This document shows positions 19,316-28,382 of a stretch of DNA of 64,000 nt, piece after piece (the first letter of the stretch is position 1; each line of letters opens with the position of its first letter). The position numbers were made by a program, and so were the translations under genes. This DNA is from Bdellovibrionota bacterium. GTDB lineage: Bacteria > Bdellovibrionota_C > UBA2361 > JBGSMV01. The notes beneath the pieces are model-generated. The model saw only the letters and a list, made by a program, of their open reading frames with translations, did no database searches and was not told the DNA's origin. The stretch is from the NCBI GenBank assembly GCA_044356455.1, contig JBIKWF010000008.1, forward strand, positions 1-64,000, given 5' to 3'.

Positions 19316-20089
19316 ATGGACACAACGGTGCTATCACTAATCCAAGTGTTTTTCTTTGGGAGATTTACCATGCGATATGGAACTACAAGGATGTTTACCT
19401 CGAAAGTGAACACCCCTGCGCCAATCTCCTTCGAATCGACTCTAGGCTCTTCACCTCAGTTAGTGAGCGGTAAACTTTTTGAGGGGTTAGGAGCGGGGCT
19501 TTTGAGGCAAGGCAAAAAGTGCGGCGCCAAAGAGTGCGGGGCAGGTGCACTCGTCCTTGTCATGGGCTGTATAACCATAGGCTCTCTCTTCCCCGTGGGA
19601 GTATCTCTGAACTTCATGGGGCCACGTGAAGCCTTTGCAGCTTCAACCAAGGAGACAGTTTTCGTGCAGGTCCAAACAACTTCTCTTCGCTCAGGCCCTC
19701 AAGCTTGGGCTAAGTCCATTACCGAGCTGCGTTATGGGGACAGGCTTAGCCTTCTTGATTCCGTTTCTAAGGATCAATCAACAGGGGTTCCTGGTTGGTT
19801 AAAGGTTCAGAAGGGCGGCACACAAGGCTACGTTCATCTTTCTGCAATTACTTCTCGCACCGTAGTGATTCAAGGCAAGTCAGGCGGGACAGGCACTAAC
19901 TTAAGTTCCGGAGATGTCGTGCTTGCAGGTAAGGGCTTCAATGCTGATGTAGAGCGCTCCTACTCAGGAAAGCGCTCGGGGAGCAATTTTGCGGAGGTCG
20001 ATCGCATGGAGGCTCGCCGAGTCAGTAATGGCGAAGTTGCAAGCTTCATCTCAGCTGGTCGACTTGGACTTAAGGGAGGAAAGTCATGA
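19316..20089 (+). CDS. Exported SH3b-domain protein (true start probably downstream)
   Basis: LRSGP...LRYGDRL...GWLKV...GYVH pattern; LAGKGF motif; 4-nt overlap with next gene. Confidence 0.75.
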   Translation: MDTTVLSLIQVFFFGRFTMRYGTTRMFTSKVNTPAPISFESTLGSSPQLVSGKLFEGLGAGLLRQGKKCGAKECGAGALVLVMGCITIGSLFPVGVSLNFMGPREAFAASTKETVFVQVQTTSLRSGPQAWAKSITELRYGDRLSLLDSVSKDQSTGVPGWLKVQKGGTQGYVHLSAITSRTVVIQGKSGGTGTNLSSGDVVLAGKGFNADVERSYSGKRSGSNFAEVDRMEARRVSNGEVASFISAGRLGLKGGKS

Positions 20090-21012
20090 AAATAAAAACA
20101 CTTTCTGGGGCTTCCCTTCTTATTCTTTCCGCACTTGCAAACGCGGGGTGTGCCAATCAGAACTTTCGCGATATTACGTCAACGGTACTTGGTCAGACAG
20201 GATATGTATCGGCATCCCAAGCCGAGTCCTTGCTCAGGGCAGGAGAGGGAGTAGTTCAGGCTGCGACACCTCTTACTGAGGAGCAGGAATACTACCTCGG
20301 GCGAGGCGTGGCAGCGGCTATTTTGGGACGTTACAAGCCTCTGAAAAATGACGCAGTCCAGCGCTATGTAAACGTAGTTGGCCGCACGGTGGCGGCGTTT
20401 TCCGATCGGCCCGACACCTTCAAAGGATATCGATTCTTGGTTCTCGACTCCAATGAAGTAAACGCAATGGCAGCCCCCTCGGGTTTTATTTTCATCACGC
20501 GGGGTTTACTTCGTAATCTAAAGACTGAGGATGAACTTGCAGGAGTGCTTGCGCATGAAGTTGCGCATGTCGTGCATGCGGACGGTGTGAATGCAATTTC
20601 AAGCAGCAAGCTCACAAAGGCCGTGGCCTTAGTGGGTCAGGAAGTGCTTGCTTCCCAGGGGCCCGCAGAGCTTGCCGAAATAACAAACCTCTTTAGTGAG
20701 AGTGTGAATGAAGTCGTTGAGACTCTGGTCACGAACGGCTATTCGAGATCTCAGGAGTATGACGCTGACGAGTATGCTCGCGAGCTTTTGCTCCGCGCAG
20801 GGTATGACCCTGATGCGCTCGCGCGCTCCCTTCAGACGCTTGAGAACGTGAGCGCCAGCGCGCAAGGTCTTGGCGGGTGGTATTCAACTCATCCTAGTCC
20901 CAAGAAACGTCGCGAGGAACTTGAAGAGGAAACTTCGAAGAGTCCCACGGCAAGCATTGGGCTGGGGACGCGAACTGCGCGCTTCAAGAATGGGGTTTCT
21001 GGTCTAAAATGA
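20086..21012 (+). CDS. M48 family zinc metallopeptidase, probable lipoprotein
   Basis: VNAMAAP, LAHEVAH, YSRSQEYDAD, STHP; lipobox-like NAG-C. Confidence 0.92.
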   Translation: MKIKTLSGASLLILSALANAGCANQNFRDITSTVLGQTGYVSASQAESLLRAGEGVVQAATPLTEEQEYYLGRGVAAAILGRYKPLKNDAVQRYVNVVGRTVAAFSDRPDTFKGYRFLVLDSNEVNAMAAPSGFIFITRGLLRNLKTEDELAGVLAHEVAHVVHADGVNAISSSKLTKAVALVGQEVLASQGPAELAEITNLFSESVNEVVETLVTNGYSRSQEYDADEYARELLLRAGYDPDALARSLQTLENVSASAQGLGGWYSTHPSPKKRREELEEETSKSPTASIGLGTRTARFKNGVSGLK

Positions 21013-21068
21013 GTGATTGCTGGGCACGGAAACGGTAGATCGGTGGGTTGCCTCGCGTAGTAACCTAG

Positions 21069-21208
21069 GGAACCTCTGAAAAAGTCAACCTTCGCGCTCT
21101 TCGCGTCCTTCGCGTTAAACCCAAACATTGCGGGTACGCGATATATTGCGAAATAACGCGAAGGACGCCGAGGACGCGAAGGGGAAGAAGAGGTTTTTCA
21201 AAGGCTCC
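21069..21208. mobile_element. MITE family 1, copy 3 (140 bp)
   Basis: CTAG-GGAACCTCTGAAAAAG...GTTTTTCAAAGGCTCC-TTAG; (CTTCGCGTC)n/(GACGCGAAG)n arms. Confidence 0.85.
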
Positions 21209-21229
21209 TTAGCTAACCCGAAACAAGAT

Positions 21230-23356
21230 ATGGCCACGAAGGACACCCAAAGCTTTCGAGCAAGAGCCTTTGGGCTTACGGTTCTTATTGCGTCCTTGCT
21301 TGCCACCATAGTCACCCTATCGGGTTTCAAGGGTTTCGAAGAAATCGAGTACCGAACCTGGGATTGGCGCCTGGAGTTCATGGCAACGCCGCCGCGTGTG
21401 ACTCCCCTTCGAATTATAACGATTGATCAGCCTTCCCTCGACTACTTAGCGCGGGAGGAGGGTCACGTCTGGCCCTGGCCCCGAGGGGTATATGAGGCAG
21501 TACTGCAGTACTTGAAGAGCGCCGGTGCAAAAGCGGTAGCCTTTGATATCTTGCTTACTGAGCCGTCCTCTTACGGAGTCGATGACGATGATGCGTTAGG
21601 CGCCGCGGTGAAAGGAACTCTGCCCGTGGTAAGCGCTCTTACCATGACAGAGGCGCCCTCCGATGAAAGTGAAGAGGACCTTAAGCGCTACCAGGAAAAG
21701 CAATCGCAGCGCGAAGAATTGCTGCGTCAGTTTAAGCTCCCTCCACGCGCTATCGTTCCCCTTCGTGGAGTAACCCTCCCCATCAGGCAGCTCATTGATA
21801 GCTCTGCCATGCTTGCTGACGTGAAGGGAGAGCCAGATAGCGACGGAAACTATAGGCATATTATTCCTGCTGCGTTTCTTACTTCGAATCCCGAATTAAA
21901 AGTGCTTCGCCTTCCCTTTGCGCTTTATTCTCTAGCCTTTCCGGGCACGCCAGTTGATTTTACCAAATGGGTAGACGCGGAAGGCAGGCTCACCATTCGC
22001 TACGTTGGTCCTAAGGGAACTATTCCTACGGAGTCTTTTGCGAATGTGTACCTTAGCTGGCAGAATCTTATTGCCGAGACATCTCCTAAAGTGCCTCTCG
22101 CTAATTTCAAAGATGCTGTAGTTCTTATCGGGATGGACGCACCGGGATTGCTCGATCTGCGACCCACTCCTCTTGCTCCCAATTTCCCCGGAGTGGAGCT
22201 CAATGCCACGGTCATTCAAAATTTGCTGGATCACAGCTTCATAAGGAAGCCGGAGCGGCACTGGGTTTTGCTGGGAACTATTCTTGCCATAGGCCTCGTC
22301 GCTGCGGTGAGTCTTTTCCTTTCAGGGCCTACCCAAGTTCTCTCGATTATTCTTTTGTTCTCTGGCTATCTCTTTGCAAGCTTCGCTGCGGCTGAGGCGG
22401 GTTGGTGGATACCCTTTGTTACCCCCGCGCTTAGTATGGTGGGCACTTTGCTTGCGAGTCTCACGGTGCTGTATGTGGGGGAAGGTAGGCAGCGCCGGTT
22501 TTTAAAAGATGCATTTCGATTCTATGTAAGCCCGTCAATTATTGACCGCATTGTAGAGGACCCGCGCCAACTTGAGCTTGGAGGAGAGCGCCGAGAGCTT
22601 ACGATATTTTTCAGCGATATTGTGGGCTTCACCACCATCTCGGAAACACTCGAGGCGGGACAGCTTGTATCGATGCTTAACACGTATCTGTCGAACATCA
22701 CCGAAATAATTCTGCGCTACGGGGGTACCGTCGATAAATATGTAGGTGACGCGGTAGTGGCATTTTGGAACGCCCCGCTTTCGCAGCCCGACCATGCGGA
22801 GCGTGCAGTAGGCGCCGCACTTGAAGTCCAAGCAGAGCTTCTTAGGCTCCAAGTAGTTTTTGAGCGAGATTATAAGGTCACGGTAAAGACACGCATTGGA
22901 CTGAACACGGGCATGGTCAGCGTGGGCAATTTTGGCTCCTCTGTTAGATTTAGTTACACCGTGATTGGTGACGCTGCGAATCTTGCTTCTCGCTTAGAGG
23001 GGGCAAATAAGTATCTTGGGTCCTCGATTCTTATGTCGGGCCGTACTTTCAAAATGCTTGGGTCCGCGCAGCGTGCACGGAGCCTTGGAACAATTAAAGT
23101 AGTGGGGAAGACGCATGGGGTTCCAGTCTATGAGCCGCTCGGCGAATCTCATCCGCTAAGAACTCAGCCTGAAAAAATGCAAACGTATGAGGCCGCCAGA
23201 GTGCGGTTTGAGAGAGGGGAGTTTGATGAAGCGCGCGAGCTTTTTGAAAAGCTTCCTGAAGATTCGGTGAGTGCTGCCTATCTTAGGCGCATCGCGGTAG
23301 AGGGTGCTCGCAAGGGTTTAGATTGGTCTCCGGAATGGAATCTTACGGAAAAGTAG
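21230..23356 (+). CDS. CHASE2-domain class III adenylate cyclase
   Basis: WPWPR, AFDILL, PGVE; 3 TM helices; FSDIVGFT, DKYVGDAV, YTVIGDAANLASRLEG. ORF-track start 21128 lies inside the MITE; ATG 21230 preferred. Confidence 0.92.
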   Translation: MATKDTQSFRARAFGLTVLIASLLATIVTLSGFKGFEEIEYRTWDWRLEFMATPPRVTPLRIITIDQPSLDYLAREEGHVWPWPRGVYEAVLQYLKSAGAKAVAFDILLTEPSSYGVDDDDALGAAVKGTLPVVSALTMTEAPSDESEEDLKRYQEKQSQREELLRQFKLPPRAIVPLRGVTLPIRQLIDSSAMLADVKGEPDSDGNYRHIIPAAFLTSNPELKVLRLPFALYSLAFPGTPVDFTKWVDAEGRLTIRYVGPKGTIPTESFANVYLSWQNLIAETSPKVPLANFKDAVVLIGMDAPGLLDLRPTPLAPNFPGVELNATVIQNLLDHSFIRKPERHWVLLGTILAIGLVAAVSLFLSGPTQVLSIILLFSGYLFASFAAAEAGWWIPFVTPALSMVGTLLASLTVLYVGEGRQRRFLKDAFRFYVSPSIIDRIVEDPRQLELGGERRELTIFFSDIVGFTTISETLEAGQLVSMLNTYLSNITEIILRYGGTVDKYVGDAVVAFWNAPLSQPDHAERAVGAALEVQAELLRLQVVFERDYKVTVKTRIGLNTGMVSVGNFGSSVRFSYTVIGDAANLASRLEGANKYLGSSILMSGRTFKMLGSAQRARSLGTIKVVGKTHGVPVYEPLGESHPLRTQPEKMQTYEAARVRFERGEFDEARELFEKLPEDSVSAAYLRRIAVEGARKGLDWSPEWNLTEK

Positions 23357-23384
23357 TAGTCATCTATTGCCGCCCGCAGGAGCC

Positions 23385-23990
23385 TCATGCCTTCATCAAC
23401 TTAGCCGGCGCAAATTCCTTTAAGAGCTGAGGAATCTCGAGTTTCAATTCCACGAGGTTGTGCCTTACATAGTCCAGATCGAGATCCGTCACATTTCCAA
23501 AAATCTCTTTGAGATCGTCAAGGTCTTGAAACCGATCAGGCGCGTTGCTCAGCGCGTAGCACTTTGCCAAAATGAGGTCTTCTGGCGTGATCACCGGGAC
23601 GACTTTGAACCCCAAATCAATCTTATTATGCTGTGCGCGCTCTACCGCTTGAGGCAGCCACGGCAATTCAGGCAGTAAAATATCAATTATTCCCTTACTC
23701 TCATGAAGGGGCGGGCGGGAGGTTACCATGCAAACGGCTTTTCGGGCTTTCTCCTTGGGGCCGGCAGGAATAAATCCCAACATCGGTGTGAGCCCTATCT
23801 CTTGTATTACCTTTTCAGCTAACGCACGAGAATCTGAAAGCGGCTCCGCGATTAACGCAAAGTCAACGTCGCTTGTGACGCGCGCCTGGGAGCGATAGAG
23901 GCTCGCGGCGTGGCCACCAATCAGACAATATTTGCAGCCCAGCCTTTCAAATGCTGCTACCGCTTGCCGGAGTGTTTTAAGTGGGGTCAC
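23385..23990 (-). CDS. Nucleotidyltransferase (AbiEii/DUF6036-like), putative toxin
   Basis: LIGGHA...RVTSDVD (GG..DxD), EDLILAK, RFQDLDDL. Confidence 0.8.
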   Translation of the reverse strand: MTPLKTLRQAVAAFERLGCKYCLIGGHAASLYRSQARVTSDVDFALIAEPLSDSRALAEKVIQEIGLTPMLGFIPAGPKEKARKAVCMVTSRPPLHESKGIIDILLPELPWLPQAVERAQHNKIDLGFKVVPVITPEDLILAKCYALSNAPDRFQDLDDLKEIFGNVTDLDLDYVRHNLVELKLEIPQLLKEFAPAKLMKA

Positions 23991-24363
23991 GCCGAGCCTT
24001 CTTTATCCGATGATAAAACTCATAGGTTTCATCCATCCATGTAAGTCTCTCAAAGGCACCTTGAGAAAATCTACTTGAGCGTTGGCGTAGGACGGCGTGT
24101 TCCTGCACGAGAAAGAATGCTTCTAGGCAATCGCGCTCCTCGTCTGAGAGCTTTAAACGTAAGCACCGACGATTGCCGACGCGTTTCTCGGCGAGGACAC
24201 CAACCTCCTTGAAGCGCCTTAAGATATCTGACACGCCGGCGGGAGAGAGCGAGGAATCTTTGGCAAGGTCGCGTAGATGTCGTTGCCCGTGACTAAGCAT
24301 CAAGCGGCGGAGGACTTGCATCGTTGGCTGGCTGCAGAGGTGTTGAATGAGCGCGCCTGACAT
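23977..24363 (-). CDS. Winged-helix DNA-binding protein, putative antitoxin
   Basis: HLRDLAKDSSLSPAGVSDILRRFKEVGVL HTH plus wing; overlaps NTase start; ATG 24363 follows a promoter. Confidence 0.78.
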   Translation of the reverse strand: MSGALIQHLCSQPTMQVLRRLMLSHGQRHLRDLAKDSSLSPAGVSDILRRFKEVGVLAEKRVGNRRCLRLKLSDEERDCLEAFFLVQEHAVLRQRSSRFSQGAFERLTWMDETYEFYHRIKKARRDPT

Positions 24364-24369
24364 GAATAT

Positions 24370-24398
24370 ATCGTACGATTTTTCGAACAATTATTCAA
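24370..24398 (-). promoter_or_regulatory. Leaderless promoter with operator
   Basis: TTGAAT-N17-TACGAT-N6-ATG; GTTCGA-AAAA-TCGTAC imperfect palindrome in the spacer/-10. Confidence 0.65.
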
Positions 24399-24525
24399 GG
24401 AGGTTAGGCGAGGTGAGGGGTGAGGAAGTGAATTATGTTAAATGATTGCAGCGGGTTATGGCATCTTCTGAACGTGCAGATGGGTAGAGGACGCAAACGG
24501 CCTGCTTTGAGTGTCAGGTGCTGTG

Positions 24526-26277
24526 TTAGGCGAGATCTCGTCCAACTTCTTCCAAGCGAGCCAAGAGCTTCTCCACCGCTTCTTCGGTGTTGTGTTCCAT
24601 CACGTGCACATGCAGTCCGTCGAACGCCGAGGAAGCGTCAGAAGTTCTTAGTGGACCATCTTCCGGAAGACGAGCGCGAAGGATCGGCGAGTAGGCCACC
24701 ATAAGATGGTCCTTGGGGTTTTGATTAATGCGCGAAGCCGTTTCCCAATTCGCGTCTGCGCGAGAGCTCGTGCTTGTCCACGCCACGACAGAGGTTTGAG
24801 GCTCAACCACTAATCGATAATACGGACTTTTGCGGAGACCATGAGCGAAAAGCCGACTAAGATCGATAATTCGCTGTCTGCTTTCACGTAGCCCCTGAAG
24901 TCCTTGTTGAAGGAGGTATGCGTACATAGACAAAACGGGTGCGGCGCCTCTTGAGGTAAGCATGTGCGCATGAGCAACAAGAGACTGCTTCTCGTCGCTG
25001 TGATTCACCTGTGGAATATGCCCGGGCGCCTGTAAAGCCTTGAGATCGGTAAAGTCTCTTAGGAGCAAGAGACTATGGTCATAGGGCAATTCAATTTTTT
25101 GAGGATCAATCACCAGAGCTCGAATATTAGGACACGCAAAGTCCCAGGGAATATCCCCGTCAAGCATGGCCAAGTTAAGCCACTGGGCTGCGGCGTCGGC
25201 AATAATAGGGGGGCAATACCCATGCCCTGAGCAGAGATCTGAAACTTGCGCATCGACGGGAGTAGGGTCGTGCGCTAAGCCGCGCTCCGTATCGCCCATC
25301 ACAATCGCATGAGCGAGTATTTTTCCGCCGGAATCGTGGATGTCGGAAATGGTCTTAGCCACCGACGCAGAGCAGGGGCGAAACTGTTCATCTACCGCAT
25401 AGAATCTAAGTTGGTCTCTACCGAGTCCTACTGCCTCAACTGCTTTCACGAGTGCTGAATTGTTAGTGACCGAGGCGAGCAGCATGGGAGTTGGAATATC
25501 CGGGCGTGCACGAGCTTGGGCGAGGCCCTCCTTACGAAGATCAAAGCCGTACTGCGCGTAATAGCGAACAAGGTAGAGTATTAGTGCTTGCTGAAGTGAC
25601 TGAGTGGCAGATTTCAGTACTAACATTCCGCCTTCAGAAGGCTGAGGGTGCCTGAAAAGGTTTAGCAGCATGCGTTCCGTGCTGTGCACCGCCGACCACG
25701 TGCCGCCGAAGGAAAAGGGCATGGCAAGGTTTGGGTTCTGAGATCTGATGATCTGGTCGTGTATGGCCGCGGGGAAGGGGTGAACTAGGGTGATCGGCCG
25801 AGCAAGCGCTTCGCCGGTGCCCATTTGGTATCTATCGCGTGCCCCAAGTGTTTGCAGGCTCTCGAGGATCTTAGCTTCTGAAATACCGTGCTGTGGAATG
25901 TGACTTATCTCTGCTGGATCAAGACAGACAGAAGTTCTTGGAGGAACAAGCGTTTTAGGATCGGCCTGAAGCTCCTTTTCGAGGAAGGCGCATTCGGCTT
26001 CAGTGAGAAGCCCTCCCCTTGTCATAAAATGCAAGCTAAAGAGTACTTGGTTAAAAGGAAACCTCCGCAGGCGCACCCGCAGCTGCTCCGTATCTCCGTG
26101 AGCACCATTACTTGCAGAGAGCCCAGGTAAAGAAGCAGCGAAGGAAACGAGATCCAGCGCAAGATCAGGATTAGGATATCCCAAACCTTCATCTGCGTGG
26201 CTTCGTGTGCCCATTTGAATAAGCGGCAAGAAACTTGTGGTGGCGTGCTGATTCGATGGAGAGGGGGTATTCATCAT
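24526..26277 (-). CDS. Divergent PLP-dependent (group II) decarboxylase-like protein
   Basis: MGDTERG, IIADAA, IDPQK (PLP Lys), TSRG motifs. Confidence 0.7.
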   Translation of the reverse strand: MMNTPSPSNQHATTSFLPLIQMGTRSHADEGLGYPNPDLALDLVSFAASLPGLSASNGAHGDTEQLRVRLRRFPFNQVLFSLHFMTRGGLLTEAECAFLEKELQADPKTLVPPRTSVCLDPAEISHIPQHGISEAKILESLQTLGARDRYQMGTGEALARPITLVHPFPAAIHDQIIRSQNPNLAMPFSFGGTWSAVHSTERMLLNLFRHPQPSEGGMLVLKSATQSLQQALILYLVRYYAQYGFDLRKEGLAQARARPDIPTPMLLASVTNNSALVKAVEAVGLGRDQLRFYAVDEQFRPCSASVAKTISDIHDSGGKILAHAIVMGDTERGLAHDPTPVDAQVSDLCSGHGYCPPIIADAAAQWLNLAMLDGDIPWDFACPNIRALVIDPQKIELPYDHSLLLLRDFTDLKALQAPGHIPQVNHSDEKQSLVAHAHMLTSRGAAPVLSMYAYLLQQGLQGLRESRQRIIDLSRLFAHGLRKSPYYRLVVEPQTSVVAWTSTSSRADANWETASRINQNPKDHLMVAYSPILRARLPEDGPLRTSDASSAFDGLHVHVMEHNTEEAVEKLLARLEEVGRDLA

Positions 26278-26474
26278 AGGAAATACCCGCGTATGTTAAT
26301 CCAGCCGCGTAGGCTAAGCAGCATCCTGATTAGAAAAAATGAAAATGAATTGCGACGCAGCCTTGGACGCCACGAATAATTTCATGGGTTTGATTGCAGG
26401 ATTGAGTTTAAAGACAGCTTTTAAGTTGAAATCTGCTCTGAACGTTGAAGATCCTCTAACTATTCGATCGTAGG

Positions 26475-28061
26475 CTAGTCGCACATGCGCGGTATTAAGA
26501 ACCAATTCAAGTCGTTCTTTTTCCCACGCGAGTCGCCGTCGCTTACTGATTCAATCTCGCCATTCGCCTCGTTGAAAGAAAGCTCCTTGATCATAGGGCT
26601 TCTCGTCCACGAAGTACCCGAGTCCTTTTGGTGGAAGATGAGGTAGTAACGATCTTCAGCGACACTTTTAAAAACTTCGCCGTGGCCATAACTGCGCCCG
26701 AGATATTGTCCTCGTCCGTTTACCGGTAGATTTCTCTCGGAAGAAAACACGAGCTGCGATTCCGGAATAAGTTCATCATCCCACTTCGCCATGGCAAGTT
26801 CCCGAAAGGAGCGAGCTTTGCGATAAACCATATTGTAACCTTGCGCACTCGTCGGGTTGCGCGTGAAAACCAAGTAATACCAGCCCTTGCGAAAGAAAAC
26901 CGCTGGCCCTTCAGATATGCAATACGTTTGAGTACCCGTCTCGCCAAAACAGCCGTTGTAGATTGCGGGCCAGTTGTTGACGTTGCGGTTGAGTGAATGT
27001 GGAAGGAGCTCATAGCTCTTCGCATCCAGTTCATAAGGCGAAATAAGGGGGAAGGAGGCAATGTTAAATCCCTCGAAGCGAGAATCAATTCCTCCCTCCC
27101 AAACATAGAGAAGTCTTCGGCGATTCCCCTCTTGAGGGTCGAAAAACACATATGAATCAAGAGCCGCAAAAGTGCGATCTTCAATATACTGTATCGAGCT
27201 TAGCGGATAGGGCGGCAAAGCGGTTGAGGTGAACCCCAGCATAGTGCGGAACCCCGGTCTTCCAAGTGAATTCGCCAGCTCGCCAAGATGAGGACCTTGG
27301 TTCCGGCGAGTTGCGGACGTAGGAATGAGTCGCATCCCTGCTCCTTGTGCCCAGCCCCCATCGTAGCGCATTTCAGCGGCCGGGTCGTTATTCACTCGGT
27401 AGCCATAGAGGCGAGGTTCGGCGGCGCCTCCATCACTCGCAGAGGCAAAGAACCCTCCTTGTCCGAACGAAGTACGACTGATGGAGGCCACAAATACAGT
27501 CTGCCAGGCGTACGAGCCTCCCGCGTTGCAATTGCCCAAATCGGCAAAACATTCGGTAGCGGAAAAACTAATAAAAATTCTGCTGGGGACAAGGGGATCC
27601 ACGTAGAGGTGGGGTGCCCACAGATCTTTAAACTCTCTTCCGTTAATGCGTATTCTATCTCCGGAGCGACTCAGCTCCGAAAACGCCATACGCCGTAGCC
27701 TCCAGTCCGTAAGATCGCTTGAGGCGAGAAGTGCAAAATTTGCAACGCCAAAATTATCGGAGGTCCCCGTCGCCCAATACTCCCCTCCATACGTCATCAC
27801 GGAGGGATCGGGCAGAATGAGCCTTTCTCCGCTATTTGAGAAATTGAAGCGTCCCTCATGAATGTTTGGGACTAGGCAATAGGGGCCGTTCGTGTCGGAT
27901 GCGTAGCTCGCGTTTACCGGGTAACTTCCAACTCCTGGACATGCTGCGGTTTGGCAGCTGACAGCAGGCATCTTGTCTGCAGAAAGCACGGGCTGTGCTT
28001 CTACCTGAGTACCCGCACCGATGATTAGATAGGTGCTAAGAACTGCCGCTACTAGCCGCAT
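26475..28061 (-). CDS. Secreted GH43-like five-bladed propeller glycosidase
   Basis: Signal peptide; PDPSV, LWAPH, EGP..F..GWYYL, GHG motifs. Confidence 0.8.
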   Translation of the reverse strand: MRLVAAVLSTYLIIGAGTQVEAQPVLSADKMPAVSCQTAACPGVGSYPVNASYASDTNGPYCLVPNIHEGRFNFSNSGERLILPDPSVMTYGGEYWATGTSDNFGVANFALLASSDLTDWRLRRMAFSELSRSGDRIRINGREFKDLWAPHLYVDPLVPSRIFISFSATECFADLGNCNAGGSYAWQTVFVASISRTSFGQGGFFASASDGGAAEPRLYGYRVNNDPAAEMRYDGGWAQGAGMRLIPTSATRRNQGPHLGELANSLGRPGFRTMLGFTSTALPPYPLSSIQYIEDRTFAALDSYVFFDPQEGNRRRLLYVWEGGIDSRFEGFNIASFPLISPYELDAKSYELLPHSLNRNVNNWPAIYNGCFGETGTQTYCISEGPAVFFRKGWYYLVFTRNPTSAQGYNMVYRKARSFRELAMAKWDDELIPESQLVFSSERNLPVNGRGQYLGRSYGHGEVFKSVAEDRYYLIFHQKDSGTSWTRSPMIKELSFNEANGEIESVSDGDSRGKKNDLNWFLIPRMCD

Positions 28062-28254
28062 AGTGCCTCAAGAAAATTATCAATGCGCATCGGAGAACAC
28101 GCCTGTTTATTCACCTCTTAAGAGTCGCCGGGCGAGGATTCCGTTGCTCTCAATGTCGCCGATAAAAAAATACGTGATTCTCATTGCTTAGCCTGCGTTT
28201 TTCGCAGCGCTACTGGCCAAAATCGATTGGCTTTTAAAAACGGAGGTATTTTAG

Positions 28255-28382
28255 GGAGCCTCTGAAAAACTGACCTCTGTGTACCTCTGAGTCTCTGTGG
28301 TGAAATTTTCATGAAGAAATTCACCAGAGACGACACGGAGGTACACAGAGGTGTATTAAGACTGAAGGCTTTCGGAGGTTCC
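28255..28382. mobile_element. MITE family 1, copy 4 (128 bp)
   Basis: TTAG-GGAGCCTCTGAAAAAC...CTTTCGGAGGTTCC-CTAG; ACCTCTGTGTACCTC/GAGGTACACAGAGGT arms; right flank contains the hipA stop codon. Confidence 0.85.

Noticed and set aside
21128..21229. N-terminal extension of the CHASE2 cyclase (NAKDAEDAK...)
   Set aside because: Mostly a translation of MITE copy 3; ATG 21230 is the more plausible start
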